Shown one piece after another: positions 27,072-36,667 of a DNA stretch of 64,000 nucleotides. The stretch is from contig OZ250165.1 of assembly GCA_965238005.1 (NCBI GenBank), forward strand, positions 2,464,001 through 2,528,000, in the 5' to 3' direction. Source of the stretch: Longimicrobiales bacterium (GTDB lineage: Bacteria > Gemmatimonadota > Gemmatimonadetes > Longimicrobiales > Gaopeijiaceae). The notes beneath the pieces are model-generated. The model worked only from the letters and a program-made list of their open reading frames with translations. It was not told the origin of the DNA and did no database searches. The position numbers and the translations under genes are program-made. Positions within the stretch are counted from its first letter, which is position 1. Every line of letters begins with the position of its first letter.

Positions 27072-27962
27072 TCACGCTGATCGATCCGCCCTTTCGAGGT
27101 ACAACCTCATGCCGTCCCAGTCGCCGGCCGCGGTGAACGCGTCGAAATACCCGTCGATCTCGTCTCTCGGCCGGAACTCGGCGAGCTCCTCCCGCACCTC
27201 CGACTCGAAGACCGCCCGGTCGCTGTCGTCACCGGTGGCCATCGCCTCCTTCACCCGCTCCTGGAGCGCAAGCAGCCGCTGCCGCATCTGTCGCACGCGA
27301 CCGGCGAAATCCTCATGCAAGCCGAAGTGCGCCAGGCCGCTGAGGTCGGGCCCGATGGGCTCGATCTCGTCCAGGGTCTCGAGCCACGCAGGCACGCTCA
27401 GGCCGGGTGGGGGCGTCGGTGGATGCGTCGGTGCGCCGGGGGCGAGAATGACGCCCAGTGCGTCACCCGCCAGGAAGATTCCGTCCCGCTCGGCCAGGTA
27501 CGACACATGATGTCCGATATGACCTGGAGTCGGGAACACACGCACTCCTGGGACCGGGAGCCGAGTGGACGGCTCCCAGGCACGGATGCGCTCCTTGGGC
27601 ACAGGAAGCACCTCGCCCCAGAGGCGGTCATGGTGGTCCCCGAAGCTCCGTCGGGTGCTGGACACTAGCCGCTCAGGATCCACCATGTGCGGCGCACCAT
27701 CGACGTGGACGTGGACGACGAGTTGAGGATAGCGCTCGACCAGGTGTCCGGTGCCACCGGCGTGGTCCAGGTGCACGTGCGTGAGCAGCAGATGACGGAC
27801 GTCCGCCATCCCCAGGCCCTGCTCTTCGAGACCTGCTTCGAGTCCCTGGATGGACGTGCTGGGACCCGGATCCACTACGGCCGGCTCGGTCCCGTCGATC
27901 CAGTACGACGAGATCACCCCGGGCTGACCGAGGTGCACGAGGTCAATGGGGACGACCGACAT
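27072..27962 (-). CDS. MBL-fold metallo-hydrolase
   Basis: THVHLDHAGG, TPGH..HH, GDA, HFG. Confidence 0.92.
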   Translation of the reverse strand: MSVVPIDLVHLGQPGVISSYWIDGTEPAVVDPGPSTSIQGLEAGLEEQGLGMADVRHLLLTHVHLDHAGGTGHLVERYPQLVVHVHVDGAPHMVDPERLVSSTRRSFGDHHDRLWGEVLPVPKERIRAWEPSTRLPVPGVRVFPTPGHIGHHVSYLAERDGIFLAGDALGVILAPGAPTHPPTPPPGLSVPAWLETLDEIEPIGPDLSGLAHFGLHEDFAGRVRQMRQRLLALQERVKEAMATGDDSDRAVFESEVREELAEFRPRDEIDGYFDAFTAAGDWDGMRLYLERADRSA

Positions 27963-28000
27963 GCTTCCCTCTCTATCGCCGACCGTCGGAGTCCATCGGA

Positions 28001-29308
28001 CTACCGATCTTCGATGGGTACGAAGTCCCTCCTGCTATTCCCCGTGAAGATCTGCCTGGGACGGGAGATGCGCTGTTCCTCGTCCTCCAACATCTCCTCC
28101 CACTGGGCGAGCCATCCAACGGTCCGCGGTATGGCGAAGAGCACGGGAAACATCTCCACCGGAAATCCCAGCGCCTGGTAGATGAGCCCGGAGTAGAAGT
28201 CGACGTTGGGATACAGGTTCCGGGATACGAAGTAGTCGTCCTCCAGGGCGATCCTCTCGAGCTCGAGGGCGATGTCCAGGAGGGGATTCCGTCCCGTGAT
28301 CTCGAACACCTCGTCCGCGGTCCGCTTGATGATGCTGGCCCGCGGATCATAGGCCTTGTACACGCGGTGCCCGAAGCCCATAAGGCGCTCTTCCTTGTTC
28401 TTCACGCCTTCCATGAAGGCGGGGATGTTGTCCATGGAGCGGATCCGCCCCAGCATCCTCAAAACCGCCTCGTTCGCTCCACCGTGAAGCGGCCCGAAAA
28501 GGGCGCCCATGGCACCGGCAAGGGCCGAGTAGGGATCCGCCTCGGCGCTGCCGATGACGCGCATCGTAGTCGCAGAGCAGTTCTGCTCGTGGTCCGCATG
28601 CAGGATGAAGAGCACGTCCAGGGCCCGCTCCAGGACCGGGTTGGGCTTGTACTCCCGCACGCCGATGCGGAAGAGCATGTTCAGGAAGTTCGCCGTGTAG
28701 GACAACTCGTTCTCGGGATAGACGGCGGGCAGCCCCCGGTGATGCCGGTAGGCGAGCCCCGCCAGGGTCGGCATCTTGGCCACCAGACGCTGGATCTGAA
28801 GCCACCGGTGTTCCGGATCCCGGATGTTCCTGCCGGCGGGGTAGAAGGTGTTTAGCGCCGCCACGCCGCTGATGACCATGCTCATGGCGTGCGCGTCGTA
28901 GCGGAAGCCGTTCATCACCGTGCGGAAGTTCTCGTGCACGTACGTGTGGGTCGTGATGCTCTCCGTGAAGTCGTCCAGCTCAGACTTGGTGGGGAGCTCA
29001 CCTCTCAGGATGAGGTAGCCCACCTCCAGGAAGGTGCTCCGCTCGGCGAGCTGCTCGATGGGATATCCACGGTACTCCAGGATTCCCTTCCCACCGTCGA
29101 TGAACGTGATCGAGCTTCGGGTTGAGGCAGTGTTCGAAAAGGCGGGATCGTACGACATCATGCCGAAGTCGTCGTCGTTGACCTTGATTTGGCGGAGATC
29201 CATGGCCCTGATGACATCACCCTCGTGAATATCGATCTCGTACTCACGATCCGTGCGGTTGTCCCGGATCGTCAGTGTGTTCTTTCCATCACTCTCGTTG
29301 TCGCCCAT
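28001..29308 (-). CDS. gltA: Citrate synthase
   Basis: YDPAFSNTAS, LHADHEQNCS, GPLHGGANE, LMGFGHRVYK, YPNVDFYSG; likely start MGDNES at 29308. Confidence 0.95.
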   Translation of the reverse strand: MGDNESDGKNTLTIRDNRTDREYEIDIHEGDVIRAMDLRQIKVNDDDFGMMSYDPAFSNTASTRSSITFIDGGKGILEYRGYPIEQLAERSTFLEVGYLILRGELPTKSELDDFTESITTHTYVHENFRTVMNGFRYDAHAMSMVISGVAALNTFYPAGRNIRDPEHRWLQIQRLVAKMPTLAGLAYRHHRGLPAVYPENELSYTANFLNMLFRIGVREYKPNPVLERALDVLFILHADHEQNCSATTMRVIGSAEADPYSALAGAMGALFGPLHGGANEAVLRMLGRIRSMDNIPAFMEGVKNKEERLMGFGHRVYKAYDPRASIIKRTADEVFEITGRNPLLDIALELERIALEDDYFVSRNLYPNVDFYSGLIYQALGFPVEMFPVLFAIPRTVGWLAQWEEMLEDEEQRISRPRQIFTGNSRRDFVPIEDR

Positions 29309-29465
29309 TTCGTCTCCGATGCCGGCCAAAACTTCCCGATCGAGCCCGGAAATGCCCTTGATTCTTGGATTCCTGAGAGTGTCCCCATAAGGGGGGACAA
29401 CATTTAAAGTTAAGGAATTATGCACTGCCGATGAAGGTGCTCTTTCGCGCGATTCTGCGCGGAAC

Positions 29466-29765
29466 TCAGGTGCGGCGTACCACGAGAGTGTCGACGGGGA
29501 CCGCCCGATCCGGATAGGCGAAGGTTGGGTTGAGCTCGACCTCCATGATGGAGGGATCTTGCTGGACCTAGCGGGCCACGGACCGCGCCAATTCCGACAC
29601 CGCCTCCAAGCTCGCCGGGGGCCTCCCTCGGTCGCCCGAGAGCACGGGCGCGATCCGAAGCTCCAACAGCATCTCGGCGACCTCGTCGGAGTGAGGCGGA
29701 AGGACGCGGCGCGACACGTCCTCGAGAGCCTCTGTCCGGGTGCCCCCCGCCCCGACCGTGAGCAC
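29466..29765 (-). pseudogene. Fragment of an acyl-CoA synthetase (NDP-forming) ATP-grasp domain
   Basis: LTVGAGGTRTEALEDVS...LSGDRGRPPASLEAV...VAR*VQQDPSIMEVELNP...VPVDTLV, with an in-frame TAG at 29568-29570 and the N-terminus missing. Confidence 0.7.
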
Positions 29766-29950
29766 ACAGTGTACCGGTCGTGAAGGGCGGGTCGGCGCTG
29801 ATAGGCTGGCTGTTCTAGCCACATCGAGATCATTCCCACGGTCCACCTCCTGGAAACGAGAAACGACCACTCCCGCAAGATGGGGTGGTGGTGGTGGGGC
29901 GAGCCGCCGTGAATGGCTCTACGGGAATCGACAAGACAGTCGCCCCTATT

Positions 29951-30564
29951 CTAAGCTTCTTCGTCCTGCTGCTCTGTGCGTGTGGCCGCGGGCAGCGCTG
30001 TTAAAACATCACCACTGGGGAGAAGGTCGTCGCGCACACCGAACGCAAGATCGTCCTCTTCCACTGGGCCCAGCCACATCATCCGCTCCTCGAGCCAACC
30101 AGCCAAATGCCTCTCAAAGCGGTCCATTAGGTCCTTCAGCGAGAGGCCGAAGCCAGCGTCGACGACCTGAAGCACAAAGAACACGGCCAGAACGACCGGA
30201 ACGAGGTACTGCACCCAGGCAGCGGAGAACTGTGGGAAGTTCCACGGGAACATCAGTACGACCCCGGCAATCAACAGGAGGAGGAAACCGAAACGGGGCA
30301 CGTACATCAGGTAGTGCGCGATGTCTCGGGCGGTGAGGGCTGTTCGTTCGCGTTGGATCTGGGCTCGCAAGGCTCCGCGCCTGTCGCGACGTCTGATCTC
30401 CTCCCAAGCGCGGCGAGATCCCCCTCCAGTCGACCCCGTCGCTCTGTCTCGTCTGCGAGCGCGAGTTCGAGATCCGCGCGTACATTGGCCTCTGCTCGGC
30501 GAAGCACCTCGCGGATGGTCCCCTCAGTGAACGCGTGGGGCTCTCCCAGCGTCAGATCCATCAC
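29951..30564 (-). pseudogene. Frameshifted C-terminal fragment of a hypothetical membrane protein
   Basis: ORFs 30307-30564 and 29951-30370 join into a coiled-coil plus 2-TM protein if a single frameshift near 30400 is assumed. Confidence 0.45.
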
Positions 30565-30807
30565 CGCTCCTTACCGGCCTGTTTCTCTTCGACGAGGTGT
30601 TGAAGAGCACGGCCCGGGAGAGCGGCTAGAGAGCGATCGGAGTGGCCGGGCGGGTCGTATGCCCTGCATCCCAGTCCCCGGCTGGAAGAGATCTCCACAT
30701 CGGGACGTCTCGTTCTCCTCACCCACATGAAGTCTTATCTTCATAGTGCGGGCCCGCCATGGCCGGGGGCGACAGGCGGTACGTCCATCTACTATCGGAC
30801 TGTAGGG

Positions 30808-31206
30808 ATGCACGATCTGATCTTCTACGACGGCGACTGCGGGTTCTGCGACTTCTATATGCGCGTGCTGGCTCAGCGGGACCGCCAAGGGCTTCTCTTC
30901 CGATTCGCTCCGCTGGGAGGAAGCGCGTACCAGGAAGCGTTCACTCCTGCCGATCAGGCCGCCTTGCCCGAGTCCATCGTGGTGTTGATGCCCGACGGTT
31001 CGACGCTAGTGCGGTCCAGAGCGATAGCCCACCTGTCCCGCCGGCTCGATGGCTACTGGAACCTCGCCTATTGGGCCATCACGCTCACACCGCGCCTGAT
31101 CGCGGATCCCGTGTACGACCTGATCGCGGCGGTGCGCAAGTTCCTGCCCCAGCGACGCACCTGCGCCCTCCTTCCGTCGGAGGTACAGGCGAGGTTCTTG
31201 GACTGA
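30808..31206 (+). CDS. DCC1-like thiol-disulfide oxidoreductase (DUF393)
   Basis: IFYDGDCGFC, FAPL, RSRA, YDLIA..R and C-terminal RFL. Confidence 0.88.
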   Translation: MHDLIFYDGDCGFCDFYMRVLAQRDRQGLLFRFAPLGGSAYQEAFTPADQAALPESIVVLMPDGSTLVRSRAIAHLSRRLDGYWNLAYWAITLTPRLIADPVYDLIAAVRKFLPQRRTCALLPSEVQARFLD

Positions 31207-31236
31207 CCGACTTCAACAGACGGGACCTTCGGGTCG

Positions 31237-32715
31237 TCAGTTCAAATCTTCGGCTAGAGGGCGCGCGCTGCTGTCGTCCGGCGGCGAGAGTGGCACGATC
31301 AGAGGAAGTACCCAGTCCGCCGGCGCCGTATACCGTTCCACTGCTGCAAGGTCGACGCGGGGGTCGATCAGCCTCTGCTGGGCGCGACCGTTCAGAGAGG
31401 CCTGCGCGTTGGCGTACACCTCGACCTCTTCCATGCCCTGCTCTCGATATTGATCGCGGAGCCAGTGCGCGAACTGCAGAATCATGTGGGGCTTTTGAAC
31501 CATCTTGGCGTACTGCCGGGGTCCAAGGTACGGCCTCGGGTTGATCGTGGCCTCGACTCCGGAAACGGGGTCTTTGACGATGTACGTTACTGTGCCCCTC
31601 TTCGTACGAAGCATCATGTGCCACGAGAACATTCCGCCTTCTTCCGTCCAGTGCACGGTCCCCGGGTAGACGAGATGCCGAAAGGGGAAAAGCAGCTGGA
31701 ACGAGAAGTACGCTATCAGCCCTCCGGCGAGCAGCCGTTGACGGGATCTGAACGAAGTGGGCTGACGAACGGCGTCTAGCCCTCCGGAATGCTTCCGCCT
31801 GCCCGGCTTTGAGCCGGCCTTCAGTCGCGAGGAAACGAACCTCACCAGGGCTCGGGGCCAGTCCGGATCCAAGAAGAGAGTCGTTGCCGCAATCATGAAC
31901 CACGGGAAGATCCCGATGGCGAACATCTGGGAGTTCATCAGGTTGAACGAGACGGCGATCAGCAGGCCGAGCCACCGAGTCTTCCGCCACAAGAGCAGCG
32001 GGACGACCGCCAGTTCGACCGCAAGACCGGCATAACTAAGGAAGAGCGCCACCCACCGTTCTCCAGCGTATAGCCTCAGGCCGGGCACGGCCCGCAATGG
32101 CCTCGACATCGCCAGCGGATAACCCTGCAGCCAATCCGGGGTCAGCTTGGCAATGCCTCCATAGAAGTAAACCAGCCCGATCTGCAATCGGAGCGTCCAG
32201 AGAGCCCATTGGCCTATCTGGGGTCCGGGCTCCGAAAGGAATGGCCACGCGGGAAACCGGGCCTTCAGATAAGCATCGAGCGAGAGTTGCCGATGCGCCG
32301 GGATCAGGACCATCAGTCCGGAGATGAGCACGACCAGGTAGATGTGATTGAGGTAGTTGCTCTGGTCGAGCAGGAGGACATATCCGATCGTGAGAAACAT
32401 GCCCAGCGCGGCGAGGCGGTAACACAGCCCGAGCGCGACCATCACCGCCAACACCCCGATCAGGATGAAGTGGAGCTCCATCAGGGTCTGGCTTGGCCAC
32501 GGCCGTACCCAGGAAAAGCCCGGGAACGTGAAGTACAGGTTCAGCCCCGTGTACATCAGCCGGATCCAATCATTCAGCCAGTACCGGAAGACCTCCCAGA
32601 GCAGGATCGAGCCGAATGCGATGCGGAAGAACGTCACGGAGCTCGCGTCCAGCGGCGTGTACATCCATCGCAACAGCCGCTGAGTGCGGTCGGAATTCGC
32701 TGGTTGATCCACCAT
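31237..32715 (-). CDS. HTTM-domain protein, vitamin K-dependent gamma-carboxylase-like
   Basis: FRIAFG, YLNHIYL, YFYGGIAKL..DWL.G, IGIFPW, WTEEG..FSW.MML, ASLNGR....IDP.VDL. Start uncertain (32715 or 32784). Confidence 0.88.
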   Translation of the reverse strand: MVDQPANSDRTQRLLRWMYTPLDASSVTFFRIAFGSILLWEVFRYWLNDWIRLMYTGLNLYFTFPGFSWVRPWPSQTLMELHFILIGVLAVMVALGLCYRLAALGMFLTIGYVLLLDQSNYLNHIYLVVLISGLMVLIPAHRQLSLDAYLKARFPAWPFLSEPGPQIGQWALWTLRLQIGLVYFYGGIAKLTPDWLQGYPLAMSRPLRAVPGLRLYAGERWVALFLSYAGLAVELAVVPLLLWRKTRWLGLLIAVSFNLMNSQMFAIGIFPWFMIAATTLFLDPDWPRALVRFVSSRLKAGSKPGRRKHSGGLDAVRQPTSFRSRQRLLAGGLIAYFSFQLLFPFRHLVYPGTVHWTEEGGMFSWHMMLRTKRGTVTYIVKDPVSGVEATINPRPYLGPRQYAKMVQKPHMILQFAHWLRDQYREQGMEEVEVYANAQASLNGRAQQRLIDPRVDLAAVERYTAPADWVLPLIVPLSPPDDSSARPLAEDLN

Positions 32716-33126
32716 CGCTAGCTGGTGCAGTCGGAGTAGATCGGTCGAACGGCTGCCGGACGGGGTGCCGAGGTCATTCGGCAATGTAGCAGGCCGGTAC
32801 TCGCAGGCGGAAGTCCGTCTACGCGCGCGGAATTACCGTCTACCGGTCGGGTCGGCCGTGGACGTCCCTTCCTTCAGACGGCACCTTCCGCCTCGTCTTG
32901 CTCGCCGACCATAAGGCGAGGACGGTCACCGCCAGAAGCGAGAGCCTCAATGGCCAACGCGGGAAACCCAGTTCTCGCCAGATCACCGACATCTGTTCCG
33001 CTTCCTTCTGTCCCGTCGCACAGTATCTTGTCGTGGTCCCGTCACCACGTTCACGTGATCGAGGGCAGACCACCGGAGACGGGTCCATCCGTCCGCCGTC
33101 CGCATAAATCGTTGTGGTACAACCAG

Positions 33127-33210
33127 TGCCGGGAGGGGGACTCGAACCCCCAAGGGCCGAAGCCCGCCGGATTTTGAGTCCGGTGCGTCTACCAATTCCA
33201 CCATCCCGGC
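33127..33210 (-). tRNA. tRNA-Leu(CAA), CCA not encoded
   Basis: GCCGGGATGGTGGAATTGGTAGACGCACCGGACTCAAAATCCGGCGGGCTTCGGCCCTTGGGGGTTCGAGTCCCCCTCCCGGCA folds as a cloverleaf with a long variable arm; extended -10 TGaTAGAAT just upstream. Confidence 0.97.
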
Positions 33211-33483
33211 AAGTGCTTATTCTATCAGCCTAAAGTGCCTCCCCCGACTGTCTGTTTCGTGCCTTCGGTAACAATCCCGGTAACGTATGGGTAACGCATT
33301 AGTCCAGTGCATCTAGGCGGTGACGTGCGCGCACAGATGTGCCGGAACATGATTCGCGATTCTCCTGCGCGGTCGCGATGCCGACCCGGCGCGGTGCCGT
33401 AAGCTGCCGCGGCGCCGGCGCGAGCCAGACGTGCCAGCGGGTGTCCTCCCGACCTGTTCCAAGGGGCACCGGCCCGGATCGCG

Positions 33484-34527
33484 CTAGGCACCGGTCGTGA
33501 CCCCCTTCACGAGCGGAATCACCTCCTCGGCGAACCGCTCCATCTCTTCATGTTGGGGCGAGAACTGAAGGAGAAGCAGGTCAAGACCGGCCGTCTCGAA
33601 CTCCATGATCCGTTCGGCCACCTGCTCCGGTGTGCCCACGAGTCCGCTTTGAAGCCCTCGGTTCGATACCGAGTAGTCCTCCAGGCTCACTCGGCGCTCG
33701 AGCTCGGTGTTGCCGATCCAGTCCTGATAGTTGGCGTATCCCTTGGCGCTCTGACGAACATCCGTGATTCTGCTCACCTCCTGGCGAGCTTCGTCCTCGC
33801 TGGCTCGTACGACGACGAAGCCCGCGGCACCGAACGCCATCGGCGGTAGTCCCAGGCGATCACGACGGGCTCGCATGTCGGTCACCTTGTCTGCGATCAC
33901 GTGCGGAGGATCACCGTGCGTCAGCCAGGCGTCACACTTCTCCGAGATCAGAGCCTTCCCCGCTGGAGACTCGCCGCCCGCGTACAACGTGGGGCGCGGC
34001 CGCTGGACCGGCTTCGGCTCGAGGATCGCCTCTTCGACCGAATAGAACTCGCCCGAGAACGAGAACACCGGCTCCGTCCACATGCCGTCCACTACCGGCA
34101 GCCACTCTCTTGTGCACTCATACCGCCTGTCGTGCTCGTCGAATCGGACGCCGTACTTGCGTGCCTCGGTTGCCCACCAGGACGACACGACGTTGAGGGA
34201 CAGCCGTCCGCCGCTGATCCGGTCGATGTTGGCCGCCTGTTTGGCCAGGAGGGCCGGCGCGTGAAAGGTCGGCCGCACGGCGACCATGATCTCGAGTCGC
34301 TCCGTCACCGCGGCCAGAGCCGCCGCAGTGCTCCACGCATCGAGGGACGGGGCGTCCATGCCCTTGATGTCATTGAGGTTGAGCTCTGCTACCAGCGTGA
34401 GATCGAAGCCGATCTCTTCGCTGCGGCAGGCGAGGCGACTGGTGTAGTCCCAAGTCGCCTCCATGCCTTCGTCATCGACGTTACGGAGCCACCCCCCGAA
34501 AACCGGCAGCCAGTAGCCGAACCTCAT
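33484..34527 (-). CDS. LLM-class flavin-dependent oxidoreductase (SfnG/SsuD-like)
   Basis: FGYWLPVFGG, LAAVTERLEIMVAVRP, IDRISGGRLSLNVV, YAGGES, LVGTPEQVAERI. Confidence 0.88.
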   Translation of the reverse strand: MRFGYWLPVFGGWLRNVDDEGMEATWDYTSRLACRSEEIGFDLTLVAELNLNDIKGMDAPSLDAWSTAAALAAVTERLEIMVAVRPTFHAPALLAKQAANIDRISGGRLSLNVVSSWWATEARKYGVRFDEHDRRYECTREWLPVVDGMWTEPVFSFSGEFYSVEEAILEPKPVQRPRPTLYAGGESPAGKALISEKCDAWLTHGDPPHVIADKVTDMRARRDRLGLPPMAFGAAGFVVVRASEDEARQEVSRITDVRQSAKGYANYQDWIGNTELERRVSLEDYSVSNRGLQSGLVGTPEQVAERIMEFETAGLDLLLLQFSPQHEEMERFAEEVIPLVKGVTTGA

Positions 34528-35510
34528 CGCACACCGCCCGCTAGTGTGGACACAAGCCCGGCCTCCTGTTCGAGCCAGTCGGCCAGCTTCGCGAACGCGT
34601 CGAACCCGACGACCCTCGGCGCGTCGGCGACGAAGTTCGAGAGCGCGTTGATATCGTAGTAGTAGAGCTGGCCGTCCCGGTCATCGATCATGTACTCGAC
34701 GCCCCCGATCTCGATTCCGGAGGCCGTCATGATCCGCTCGACCTGCGAGACGATCTCGACGGGAGGCTCGTAGCCCTCCACCCGGAGGCTGTTTTCAGCG
34801 GCATCGGCCGAACAGGCGGAGCGCTCCAACTGGGTTCCATCCATGTCCAGGCTGACGTCGGCGGGGCAGAGATTGAAGTCAGTACCGTCCGTGTAGATAC
34901 GAATCGCGTAAAGGAACCGGCCGTCCAGTATCTCGACGCGGACGATGCGCCCGCCCTCGGCCGGAATGTGCTCCTGTACCAGGGCCGTGCGGTCGATCCC
35001 CAGATCCAGCTCGTCCACCGCGCTCTGGAGCTCTGCCAGCGTCTCGAAGCGGCGAACGCCGGCTCCGCTCCCGCCGATATTGGGCTTGACCACTATGGGG
35101 AAGCGGAGCCCACGAGCCGCGCCAGGCGCACCGGCGGCGTCGTGGATCACTTTCGCCCTCGGATAGGTCAGGTCCAGGCGCTCGAGCACCGAGAGCTGAT
35201 AGGCCTTGGAGATCTCCGTCTGCCATGCCTGCCATCCGTTGATGACGCGTACGCCCGATTGATGCAGGTGGGCCAGGTAATGCGATGTGTAGAGAATCGC
35301 GCTGCCCGCGTCCCTCAGGTACGCGGATGGGCTCATCCGGTTGAACACCAGGGAGTATGGTACCTCGGTGTCGCCCGGGTCGTAGCTCAGCGTGGCGGCG
35401 TCCAGCTTGACAAACGGTATCCCGCGTCGGTCCAGCTCTTCGAAGAGCGGCCTGAACCAGTAGGGATGCTCGAAGTAGATCGCGAGGGATCGTTCGTCAG
35501 CGATGGGCAT
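34524..35510 (-). CDS. ATP-grasp ligase (RimK/GshB-like)
   Basis: VINGW, SKAYQ, PIVVKPNIGGSGAGV, LVQEHIP, GGVEY, YDINALSNF; ATGA overlap with the LLM gene. Confidence 0.85.
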   Translation of the reverse strand: MPIADERSLAIYFEHPYWFRPLFEELDRRGIPFVKLDAATLSYDPGDTEVPYSLVFNRMSPSAYLRDAGSAILYTSHYLAHLHQSGVRVINGWQAWQTEISKAYQLSVLERLDLTYPRAKVIHDAAGAPGAARGLRFPIVVKPNIGGSGAGVRRFETLAELQSAVDELDLGIDRTALVQEHIPAEGGRIVRVEILDGRFLYAIRIYTDGTDFNLCPADVSLDMDGTQLERSACSADAAENSLRVEGYEPPVEIVSQVERIMTASGIEIGGVEYMIDDRDGQLYYYDINALSNFVADAPRVVGFDAFAKLADWLEQEAGLVSTLAGGVR

Positions 35511-35650
35511 GATGGGTACCTCCCGTCCCGGTTTGGAGCCTCGCTGCGCTGCTCGTGCCCGCGGCGAATGCAATCGCCTCGAGGGCGCTCCGTTCGACAC
35601 GCTCGACGAGGGCCGGGTCCGCCCGTTCGTTCGTCATTCGACCGACAGGC

Positions 35651-35690
35651 AACAAAAAACCCGGCCCCTCTCCGCGGAGAGAAGCCGGGT
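35651..35690 (-). terminator. Intrinsic terminator (possibly an attenuator of the ATP-grasp/LLM operon)
   Basis: On the minus strand ACCCGGCTTCTCTCC-gc-GGAGAGGGGCCGGGT followed by TTTTTGTT. Confidence 0.75.
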
Positions 35691-36667
35691 AATACAATGA
35701 CAGTTTAAGGGTTCGCAGGCCAGGGTATGACTGGACGGGAGGAGAACCGGAATATATCCGCTGCGGCTAGAACTTCGCCGCGAACGTCAGCTCCGTCAGT
35801 CGCTGGTGTCGGAAACCAACGCTTGGACTCTCACCGTTGGTGTATTTGAGAGACACGCCAGCCCGCCTCCCGGCAGCCGTTCGCACGAACCACACGTTCG
35901 CGTTCACCTTCACGAGCCCGTGACCGGGGGTTAGCCGATCAGGATCGGCACGGTCTATCAAGTCGTAGACGTAGGAGTACTCGACGTTCAGTTCGAGCCG
36001 TTCTGACAACTGCGAAGGCAGCGGAAGCAGCTCCGCCCGCACCCGAGTGACTGCCCGGACGACGGAGCCTTCCAGAGAATCGACCGCCGCGCTCAGCACG
36101 CCCTCGTGCTCGAGACCGATGTACGGGCTGTAGGTGAACTGCATCGCCGTGCCGAAGCGCGTCGGGACATTCGGGAGAAACAGAGTTCGGAGAACGCCGC
36201 CCCGGCCGCGCGCTACCGGCGTGAAGAGCAGGTTCGTCTGCATCGCCTTGGTGGAGCGAACGAAGTCGTTCTTGTAGTTGGCGCGCAAAACCAGGACAGC
36301 ACTCCACGGTTGCTCTTCCGCCTCCGCATCCTGAGTCTGCCAGTCCATCGCCAGCCCCAGCATAAAGACATTCTGCCGCTTCTTGATGTTCGTGTGCCGT
36401 CGGTATTCGACCTACGGGCCGATATCGACCTTCCGGCCCAAACTCCCGAAACCGAGGTCGACCCGCATGGCTGCCCGGATGCTGTACGAAGGGGTGGTAT
36501 CACCTGGTAGGAGGACGCTAAACGACGCCGGCCGAGATCGTCCCAGCTTGCCCGAGAACGATTCCCGGAAGCTGAGACGCTCCCAGATCTTCTTCCCCTT
36601 TTAGCGCCCACGGTTTCTCTGGACAGTAGATTGGCAAAGAGAGCGGGTCCAGAGAGAAAGGGACGTG

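Noticed and set aside
29568..29570. Amber read-through (pyrrolysine or recoding) here and at ~36411
   Set aside because: Both TAGs lie in genes that are already truncated or IS-disrupted, and many intact genes in the window use TAG as a normal stop.
29309..29878. N-terminal extension of citrate synthase in the ORF track
   Set aside because: Not CS-like, and it overlaps an acyl-CoA ligase relic in another frame; the likely start is 29308.
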